Source of the DNA: a virus
Lineage: Duplodnaviria; Heunggongvirae; Uroviricota; Caudoviricetes
Strand: one strand, 5' to 3'
Length of the DNA: 6,964 nucleotides
Virus record (IMG/VR): IMGVR_UViG_2693429728_000005
Location: 1 to 6,964 of that record
Below are positions 1-5,623 of the stretch, piece by piece; positions within the stretch are counted from its first letter, which is position 1, and every line of letters starts with the position of its first letter. Both the position numbers and the translations under genes were made by a program. The notes under the pieces were generated by a model, which made no database searches, was not told where the DNA came from, and worked only from the letters and a program-made list of their open reading frames with translations.

Positions 1-1
1 G

Positions 2-406
2 GTGGTGAAGGATGCTTTTTATATTCATCAGCATAAAGGGACCACCAGTGCCGTGCGGCGGGTGGTGGAGCCGTTCGGATTCCTGATCCGCATTATTGAG
101 TGGTGGCAGACCGGAGAAACACCGGGCACGTTTCGCCTGGATATCGGCGTGCAGGACCAGGGCATCACTGAAGATACCTATCTGGAACTTGAGCGACTGA
201 TAAGCGATGCCAAACCATGTAGCCGCCACATGATCGGCATGTCCATCAATCTGCAGACCAGCGGCCCGCATTGGGTGGGAGCCGCCAGCTATCTTGGCGA
301 AGAAATCACGATCTATCCGTATATCAACGAAACGATTATTTCCGGTGGCACCGCGCATGAAGGCGGGGCGGTCCATGTTATTGACACAATGAGAGTGAAT
401 CCATGA
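2..406 (+). CDS. Baseplate assembly protein, P2 gpI-like, C-terminal part (5' end lies upstream of window)
   Basis: ORF runs from window edge; stop TGA overlaps ATG of the downstream fibre gene (ATGA at 403..406), typical translational coupling; position immediately upstream of H-like fibre gene matches P2 order I-H-G-FI-FII. Identity by synteny, not by search. Confidence 0.55.
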   Translation: MVKDAFYIHQHKGTTSAVRRVVEPFGFLIRIIEWWQTGETPGTFRLDIGVQDQGITEDTYLELERLISDAKPCSRHMIGMSINLQTSGPHWVGAASYLGEEITIYPYINETIISGGTAHEGGAVHVIDTMRVNP

Positions 407-1929
407 GCACAAAATTTTATACCCTGCTGACGGATATTGGCGCGGCGAAACTTGCCAGCGCCGCCGCGCTCGGTGTGCCGCTAAAAATTACCCATATGGC
501 GGTGGGCGATGGCGGTGGAGTATTGCCAACGCCGGACGCAAAACAGACGGCACTGGTAAATGAGAAACGCCGGGCTGCGCTGAATATGCTTTATATCGAC
601 CCGCAGAACAGCAGCCAGATTATTGCCGAACAGGTGATCCCTGAAAACGAGGGCGGTTGGTGGATACGTGAAGTGGGTCTGTTTGATGAGTCCGGGGCAT
701 TGATTGCCGTGGGCAACTGCCCGGAAAGCTATAAGCCGCAACTGGCTGAAGGTAGCGGGCGCACTCAGACCGTGCGCATGGTGCTGATTACCAGCAGCAC
801 GGACAATATCACCCTGAAAATCGACCCTGCTGTAGTGCTGGCAACCCGCAAGTATGTGGATGACAAGGCACTGGAGCTGAAGGTGTACGCGGATGATCAG
901 ATGGCAAAACATCTTGCCGCACCGGACCCGCATTCACAGTACGCGCCAAAAGCCAGCCCGACATTTACCGGAACCCCCAAAGCGCCAACGCCAGCGGCGG
1001 GGAATAATACCACGCAGGTTGCGACCACTGCGTTTGTACAGGCGGCACTGACGGCCCTTATTAATGGTGCGCCAGCCACGCTGGACACGCTGAAAGAAAT
1101 AGCCGCAGCCATTAACAATGATCCGAATTTCAGTACCACCATTAACAATGCGCTGGCACTAAAAGCACCGTTGTCGAGTCCGGCACTCACCGGAACGCCA
1201 ACAGCCCCCACGGCGGCGCAGTCGGTCAACAATACACAGATTGCCACTACGGCTTTTGTGAAATCGGCGATTGCAGGAATGGTGGGTTCTGCACCTGCTG
1301 CACTGGATACACTGAACGAACTGGCGGCGGCACTGGGGAATGATCCGAACTTTGCCACGACAATGCTTAATGCGCTGGCAGGTAAACAACCGCTGGACAA
1401 TACGCTTACCAATTTGAGTGGAAAGGATGTAGCTGGTCTTCTCACATACCTTGGTTTGGGAGAAGGCTCTGCATTGCCTGTTGGTGTGCCTGTTCCGTGG
1501 CCTTCAGCCACTCCGCCAACAGGCTGGCTGAAATGCAATGGTGCGGCTTTTTCTGCTGAAGAATACCCGGAACTGGCAAAGGCTTACCCGACAAATAAAT
1601 TGCCTGATTTACGCGGTGAATTTATTCGCGGCTGGGATGACGGGCGCGGGGTTGATGTTGGGCGTGCAATCTTATCATCGCAGGGCGATGCCATCAGAAA
1701 TATAATTGGCAAGTTTGGTAATACTCAATTGTACCCAAGTATCTATTGTGATGGTGCATTTGGCGTCACTGTTGAGAATGTGTCACAAACTTTAGGATTA
1801 ACTCTTGCGCCTTCAGGGGCAGGTAATGGGACTGTAAACTTTAGCTTTGATGCATCTAAAATCGTTCCTGTTGCCACTGAAAACCGGCCGCGCAACGTCG
1901 CATTTAACTTCATTGTGAGGGCTGCATAA
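403..1929 (+). CDS. Tail fibre protein (P2 gpH / Mu S-like): constant part Sc (aa 1-354) fused to variable tip Sv(A) (aa 355-508)
   Basis: 508-aa ORF; N-terminus MSTKFYTLLTDIGAAKLA...MAVGDGGG resembles P2 H N-terminus; internal NNTQxATTAFV...LDTLxExAAAxxNDPNF repeats typical of fibre shafts; C-terminus carries a tail-collar-like motif (PWPSATPPTGWLKCNGAAFSAEEYPELAKAYP...LPDLRGEFIRGWDDGRG); crossover site lies in-frame at codons 346-354 (LTYLGLGE). Confidence 0.9.
   Translation: MSTKFYTLLTDIGAAKLASAAALGVPLKITHMAVGDGGGVLPTPDAKQTALVNEKRRAALNMLYIDPQNSSQIIAEQVIPENEGGWWIREVGLFDESGALIAVGNCPESYKPQLAEGSGRTQTVRMVLITSSTDNITLKIDPAVVLATRKYVDDKALELKVYADDQMAKHLAAPDPHSQYAPKASPTFTGTPKAPTPAAGNNTTQVATTAFVQAALTALINGAPATLDTLKEIAAAINNDPNFSTTINNALALKAPLSSPALTGTPTAPTAAQSVNNTQIATTAFVKSAIAGMVGSAPAALDTLNELAAALGNDPNFATTMLNALAGKQPLDNTLTNLSGKDVAGLLTYLGLGEGSALPVGVPVPWPSATPPTGWLKCNGAAFSAEEYPELAKAYPTNKLPDLRGEFIRGWDDGRGVDVGRAILSSQGDAIRNIIGKFGNTQLYPSIYCDGAFGVTVENVSQTLGLTLAPSGAGNGTVNFSFDASKIVPVATENRPRNVAFNFIVRAA
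1439..1464. other. Invertase crossover site cix1 (26 bp, TTCTCACATACC-TT-GGTTTGGGAGAA), inside fibre gene at Sc/Sv boundary
   Basis: Near-palindromic 12-2-12 site resembling hix/gix/cix sites (half-site like TTCTCCCAAACC); sequence identity between copies begins within it; core dinucleotide TT on top strand. Confidence 0.75.
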
Positions 1930-2271
1930 TGGCACAGGCAAAATTAAACAGCGAACTGATTGCCACGGTAGCGGGTGATGTGACCGTGTTTAACTACGAC
2001 AGCAAGACGCGGGAATATCTTTCCACATCAACTGAATATCTTGCTGTTGGCGTCGGTATCCCGGCATGTTCTTGTTTAGATGCACCAGGTATACATAAAG
2101 CTGGTTATGCAATCTGCCGTTCAGCAGATTTAAACTCATGGGAGTATGTGCCAGACCATCGCGGTGAAATCATCTATAACACCGAAACGGGAGACGCCAA
2201 AGAAATCACAACTCCGGGTGATTACCCTGAAAATACAACCACTATCGCCCCGTTAACGCCATTCGATAAAT
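1451..2271 (+). repeat. Direct repeat copy 1 (821 bp): Sv(A) tip plus first 114 codons of tfa(A); identical to 2981..3801
   Basis: Base-for-base identity read from sequence and identical ORF translations; divergence at 1450 vs 2980 and at 2272 vs 3802. Confidence 0.9.
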
Positions 2272-2273
2272 AA
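1929..2273 (+). pseudogene. Truncated tail-fibre assembly gene (first 114 codons of tfa(A), then immediate TAA created by the rearrangement junction)
   Basis: 114-aa ORF identical to residues 1-114 of the 200-aa ORF at 3459..4061; lacks the C-terminal Tfa region (LNAVLDYIDAV...); sequence after codon 114 switches to the reverse complement of the invertase-downstream region. Confidence 0.8.
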
Positions 2274-2346
2274 GCGCAGTTGTACCGTTATTCACACAAA
2301 ATGACGGTATTTGTCTGCTTGCAGGGATAATCAAAATAATGCTGAT

Positions 2347-2913
2347 TCAGGGAGATTCATTGCTCTTATTTGCCGGAAATTTTCTATAAATAGTAGAAAC
2401 GCCTACATCAAAAATCAGTGCAATACGCTGTCTTGATTCTCCGGCCTCAAGTAAACGCCCAATCTGTGCCCACTGTTCGGTGGTCAACTTAGGACGGCGT
2501 CCACCTACTCTGCCTTTGGCACGAGCTGCAGCCAGCCCTGCCCTGGTACGTTCAACTATCAGTTCGCGTTCCATTTCAGCCAGGGCACCCATAACATGAA
2601 AAAAGAAACGGCCCATTGGGGTACTGGTATCAATACTGTCAGTCAGGCTTCGGAAATTCACGCCACGCTGGCGCAACTCTTCTATCAGCGTAACAAGATG
2701 CCGCATACTGCGCCCCAGTCTGTCCAGCTTCCAGACAACCAGAGTGTCTCCTGCCGATAGTGTCCTGAGCAGTTTTTTAAGCCCCGGTCTGTCGGACTTA
2801 GTGCCACTGATTTTATCCTCAAAAATCCGCTCACATCCCGCGCAGTTCAGTGCATTACGTTGCAAATCGGTGTTCTGGTCATTTGTTGACACGCGTACAT
2901 AGCCAATAAGCAT
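2347..2913 (-). CDS. Serine DNA invertase, Gin/Pin/Cin/Hin family, copy 1 (189 aa from the MLIGYVRVS start; ORF as drawn extends to 2958)
   Basis: N-terminus MLIGYVRVSTNDQNTDLQRNAL with catalytic-serine motif, VVWKLDRLGRS, FFFHVMGALAEMERELIVERT, and C-terminal HTH region GVSTIYRKF are hallmarks of small serine invertases, very close to Mu Gin as remembered; preferred start has an AGGGGA Shine-Dalgarno 7 nt upstream. Confidence 0.9.
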   Translation of the reverse strand: MLIGYVRVSTNDQNTDLQRNALNCAGCERIFEDKISGTKSDRPGLKKLLRTLSAGDTLVVWKLDRLGRSMRHLVTLIEELRQRGVNFRSLTDSIDTSTPMGRFFFHVMGALAEMERELIVERTRAGLAAARAKGRVGGRRPKLTTEQWAQIGRLLEAGESRQRIALIFDVGVSTIYRKFPANKSNESP

Positions 2914-2940
2914 GATCAATCCCCTGAATAAAAACCGGGG

Positions 2941-3459
2941 ATGATGCCAGTTAGCCATTATCTCTGCATTTTCATAAACGTTGGTTTGGGAGAAGGCTCT
3001 GCATTGCCTGTTGGTGTGCCTGTTCCGTGGCCTTCAGCCACTCCGCCAACAGGCTGGCTGAAATGCAATGGTGCGGCTTTTTCTGCTGAAGAATACCCGG
3101 AACTGGCAAAGGCTTACCCGACAAATAAATTGCCTGATTTACGCGGTGAATTTATTCGCGGCTGGGATGACGGGCGCGGGGTTGATGTTGGGCGTGCAAT
3201 CTTATCATCGCAGGGCGATGCCATCAGAAATATAATTGGCAAGTTTGGTAATACTCAATTGTACCCAAGTATCTATTGTGATGGTGCATTTGGCGTCACT
3301 GTTGAGAATGTGTCACAAACTTTAGGATTAACTCTTGCGCCTTCAGGGGCAGGTAATGGGACTGTAAACTTTAGCTTTGATGCATCTAAAATCGTTCCTG
3401 TTGCCACTGAAAACCGGCCGCGCAACGTCGCATTTAACTTCATTGTGAGGGCTGCATAA
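2941..3459 (+). CDS. Second copy of Sv(A) fibre-tip cassette, promoterless and not fused to Sc in this arrangement (cassette proper 2995..3459; the first 18 codons of the ORF are read-through across cix2 into invertase-upstream DNA)
   Basis: Residues after GLGE are identical to aa 355-508 of the fibre gene; N-terminal [14 protein letters not shown] is the antisense of the invertase leader and also appears at the start of the Sv(B) ORF, so it is not a genuine N-terminus. Confidence 0.6.
   Translation: MMPVSHYLCIFINVGLGEGSALPVGVPVPWPSATPPTGWLKCNGAAFSAEEYPELAKAYPTNKLPDLRGEFIRGWDDGRGVDVGRAILSSQGDAIRNIIGKFGNTQLYPSIYCDGAFGVTVENVSQTLGLTLAPSGAGNGTVNFSFDASKIVPVATENRPRNVAFNFIVRAA
2969..2994. other. 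Invertase crossover site cix2 (TTTTCATAAACG-TT-GGTTTGGGAGAA), same orientation as cix1
   Basis: Exact reverse complement of cix3; the left half-site is continuous with invertase-upstream sequence, the right half with Sv(A). Confidence 0.75.
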
Positions 3460-3801
3460 TGGCACAGGCAAAATTAAACAGCGAACTGATTGCCACGGTA
3501 GCGGGTGATGTGACCGTGTTTAACTACGACAGCAAGACGCGGGAATATCTTTCCACATCAACTGAATATCTTGCTGTTGGCGTCGGTATCCCGGCATGTT
3601 CTTGTTTAGATGCACCAGGTATACATAAAGCTGGTTATGCAATCTGCCGTTCAGCAGATTTAAACTCATGGGAGTATGTGCCAGACCATCGCGGTGAAAT
3701 CATCTATAACACCGAAACGGGAGACGCCAAAGAAATCACAACTCCGGGTGATTACCCTGAAAATACAACCACTATCGCCCCGTTAACGCCATTCGATAAA
3801 T
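2981..3801 (+). repeat. Direct repeat copy 2 (821 bp), identical to 1451..2271
   Basis: See copy 1. Confidence 0.9.
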
Positions 3802-4061
3802 GGGATGGTGAGAAATGGGTGACCGATACTGAGGCACAGCATTGCGCCGCAGTAGACGCGGCAGAAGCACAGCGTCAGTCACTGATTGATACTGCAATGG
3901 CTTCCATCAGTCTGATTCAACTGAAATTGCAGGCCGGGCGGAAGCTGACGCAGGCAGAAACCACCCGACTTAACGCTGTGCTGGATTACATTGACGCGGT
4001 GACGGCAACAGATACCAGCACCGCGCCGGATGTCATCTGGCCTGAACTGCCGGAGGCGTAG
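3459..4061 (+). CDS. Tail-fibre assembly protein tfa(A) (P2 gpG / Mu U-like), full length, 200 aa
   Basis: Start ATG overlaps the Sv(A) stop (TAATG); C-terminal LNAVLDYIDAVTATDTSTAPDVIWPELP resembles conserved Tfa C-termini; position directly after the fibre tip. Confidence 0.85.
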   Translation: MAQAKLNSELIATVAGDVTVFNYDSKTREYLSTSTEYLAVGVGIPACSCLDAPGIHKAGYAICRSADLNSWEYVPDHRGEIIYNTETGDAKEITTPGDYPENTTTIAPLTPFDKWDGEKWVTDTEAQHCAAVDAAEAQRQSLIDTAMASISLIQLKLQAGRKLTQAETTRLNAVLDYIDAVTATDTSTAPDVIWPELPEA

Positions 4062-4473
4062 GCCATTCAATATCTGGCGCACCGGAAGTATCGACCAGTT
4101 CCAGTGCGTCCAGGTAATCCAGCCACAAATTATATTGCGCCAGTTCGTCACCTTTCAGACGACCAATAGCCGCTTTACCAGGCCATTGTTTACTGTTCAT
4201 ATAATCGTTGGCCTGATTAATCAATTGCTGCTTCTCCAGTTCGGCTGCAGCAATTTGTTCCTCATGTGTTGGTGGTGGAATTTCGGACCATGCAGGAAAA
4301 CCATTTTCTCCAGCGATACGGATTTTTCCTTTCGGCGGTAATCCGGAAAACTCAATATACACTTGCTCATCAACTTCAACAGCATCATCTGGCCATGAGT
4401 CAGCTTGAGTGTAATCCTCTTTCATCTCCAGCGGATAGAAAGAGTTTGTAGTCGCGGAATATATGTAATTCAT
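4033..4473 (-). CDS. Alternative tail-fibre assembly protein tfa(B) (Mu U'-like), 146 aa
   Basis: Convergent with tfa(A), with 3' ends overlapping by 29 bp (4033..4061); C-terminal NLWLDYLDALELVDTSGAPDIEWPTPP parallels the tfa(A) C-terminus; GGAG Shine-Dalgarno upstream on minus strand. Confidence 0.8.
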   Translation of the reverse strand: MNYIYSATTNSFYPLEMKEDYTQADSWPDDAVEVDEQVYIEFSGLPPKGKIRIAGENGFPAWSEIPPPTHEEQIAAAELEKQQLINQANDYMNSKQWPGKAAIGRLKGDELAQYNLWLDYLDALELVDTSGAPDIEWPTPPAVQAR

Positions 4474-4494
4474 TTTTCACTCCATATAGCTAAA

Positions 4495-4887
4495 TTAACA
4501 GCCTAACGCTAAAAATGAAGCGCCGAGGCCAGGAGTACTGGCTCTGGATATAAATTTAACCGGGTCGGGACTAAAACCTGCACAGGCAATATAACCAACA
4601 GCCCCGCTATCTGGTGTGTAGTCTTGTGAGACCAAAACACGCAGACATCTGTTTGGAAATGCAATCGGGAAATGGGTTACTACATCCTGTGCAATGCCTG
4701 GTGCGCCGATTGAGCCCCACTGAAGAATAAAACCTGATGGTAATTTTTGATATCCAGTACCTGAAACAGAAAGCGTGAAGCTACCCATATCAGGTATCTG
4801 ATTCGCCCCTGTCCCTACATTCCTTTTAGCCGCTTCTCCCAAACCAACGTTTATGAAAATGCAGAGATAATGGCTAACTGGCATCAT
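4495..4887 (-). CDS. Alternative fibre-tip cassette Sv(B), silent in this orientation (cassette proper 4495..4833, 112 aa after GLGE; the ORF as drawn reads through cix3)
   Basis: Minus-strand reading through cix3 gives ...NVGLGE then [19 protein letters not shown]...ALGC, in the same frame as Sc across the crossover site; inversion would produce a 466-aa Sc+Sv(B) fibre; sits directly upstream (minus sense) of tfa(B). Confidence 0.75.
   Translation of the reverse strand: MMPVSHYLCIFINVGLGEAAKRNVGTGANQIPDMGSFTLSVSGTGYQKLPSGFILQWGSIGAPGIAQDVVTHFPIAFPNRCLRVLVSQDYTPDSGAVGYIACAGFSPDPVKFISRASTPGLGASFLALGC
4834..4859. other. Invertase crossover site cix3 (TTCTCCCAAACC-AA-CGTTTATGAAAA), inverted relative to cix1 and cix2
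   Basis: 12-2-12 site; close to the hix half-site as remembered (TTATCAAAAACC); core AA on top strand versus TT at cix1/cix2. Confidence 0.8.
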
Positions 4888-4914
4888 CCCCGGTTTTTAT
4901 TCAGGGGATTGATC

Positions 4915-5481
4915 ATGCTTATTGGCTATGTACGCGTGTCAACAAATGACCAGAACACCGATTTGCAACGTAATGCACTGAACTGCGCGGGATGTGAGCG
5001 GATTTTTGAGGATAAAATCAGTGGCACTAAGTCCGACAGACCGGGGCTTAAAAAACTGCTCAGGACACTATCGGCAGGAGACACTCTGGTTGTCTGGAAG
5101 CTGGACAGACTGGGGCGCAGTATGCGGCATCTTGTTACGCTGATAGAAGAGTTGCGCCAGCGTGGCGTGAATTTCCGAAGCCTGACTGACAGTATTGATA
5201 CCAGTACCCCAATGGGCCGTTTCTTTTTTCATGTTATGGGTGCCCTGGCTGAAATGGAACGCGAACTGATAGTTGAACGTACCAGGGCAGGGCTGGCTGC
5301 AGCTCGTGCCAAAGGCAGAGTAGGTGGACGCCGTCCTAAGTTGACCACCGAACAGTGGGCACAGATTGGGCGTTTACTTGAGGCCGGAGAATCAAGACAG
5401 CGTATTGCACTGATTTTTGATGTAGGCGTTTCTACTATTTATAGAAAATTTCCGGCAAATAAGAGCAATGAATCTCCCTGA
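4915..5481 (+). CDS. Serine DNA invertase, Gin/Pin/Cin/Hin family, copy 2 (ORF as drawn starts at 4870)
   Basis: Identical protein to copy 1; AGGGGA Shine-Dalgarno before ATG 4915; a GATAAT -10-like hexamer at 4866..4871 abuts cix3, consistent with a promoter overlapping the crossover site. Confidence 0.9.
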   Translation: MLIGYVRVSTNDQNTDLQRNALNCAGCERIFEDKISGTKSDRPGLKKLLRTLSAGDTLVVWKLDRLGRSMRHLVTLIEELRQRGVNFRSLTDSIDTSTPMGRFFFHVMGALAEMERELIVERTRAGLAAARAKGRVGGRRPKLTTEQWAQIGRLLEAGESRQRIALIFDVGVSTIYRKFPANKSNESP

Positions 5482-5529
5482 ATCAGCATTATTTTGATTA
5501 TCCCTGCAAGCAGACAAATACCGTCATTT

Positions 5530-5547
5530 TGTGTGAATAACGGTACA
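5530..5547 (+). promoter_or_regulatory. TGT-N12-ACA dyad, candidate P2-type late-promoter activator (Ogr/Delta family) site upstream of the sheath gene
   Basis: TGTgtgaataacggtACA lies about 75-95 nt upstream of the sheath ATG (5624), appropriate for an element centred near -55; P2 late promoters carry this dyad. The same dyad is mirrored at 2281..2298 inside the left repeat arm. Confidence 0.4.
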
Positions 5548-5623
5548 ACTGCGCTTAGCTGTTTGTCAGGCACAATCACTTCAACATAGGGCGAAGCCTA
5601 ATCCAATCAGGAGGTTCGCCACT

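Larger units (their letters stand above)
2271..2994. repeat. Inverted repeat, left arm (724 bp), reverse complement of 4834..5557; contains invertase copy 1 and cix2
   Basis: Reverse complement of the right arm matches over the full length by inspection; invertase proteins identical (203/203 aa of the ORF as drawn). Confidence 0.9.
2969..4859. other. Canonical invertible tail-fibre segment (Mu G / P1 C / e14 P-segment-like) bounded by inverted sites cix2 and cix3
   Basis: Two inverted 26-bp sites flank Sv(A)-tfa(A) on plus strand and tfa(B)-Sv(B) on minus strand, with invertase immediately outside; classic architecture. Confidence 0.8.
4834..5557. repeat. Inverted repeat, right arm (724 bp); contains cix3, invertase copy 2 and 76 bp of downstream DNA
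   Basis: Reverse-complement identity with 2271..2994. Confidence 0.9.

Noticed and set aside
481-1538. Minus-strand ORFs 481..933, 897..1538 and 1159..1389 inside the fibre gene
   Set aside because: They lie antisense within a well-supported, GC-rich, repeat-containing fibre coding region; translations are low-complexity (Ala/Gly/Val-rich or Arg/Cys-rich) with no recognisable domain and no start context. Treated as frame artefacts.
2274-2346. Rho-independent terminator after the truncated tfa or after the invertase (5482..5557)
   Set aside because: No GC-rich hairpin followed by a T-tract is evident in either copy; the region instead holds the TGT-N12-ACA dyad.
2941-2994. N-terminal extension [18 protein letters not shown] (also at 4834..4887 on the minus strand) and invertase start MANWHH at 4870 and 2958
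   Set aside because: The same stretch of invertase-leader and crossover-site DNA is simply open in several frames. The invertase has a better start at MLIGYVRVS with an AGGGGA Shine-Dalgarno, and the tip cassettes are meant to be fused to Sc rather than initiated here.
3879-4451. ORFs 3879..4151 (minus), 4030..4341 (plus) and 4266..4451 (plus)
   Set aside because: They overlap tfa(A) and tfa(B) in alternative frames or strands; the two tfa genes have conserved Tfa C-termini and proper starts, and these ORFs do not.
2347-5481. Tn3-family resolvase or transposon interpretation of the duplicated serine recombinase
   Set aside because: No transposase gene, no transposon terminal inverted repeats or res site. 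The protein has invertase-type features and sits beside a tail-fibre cassette with hix-like sites.
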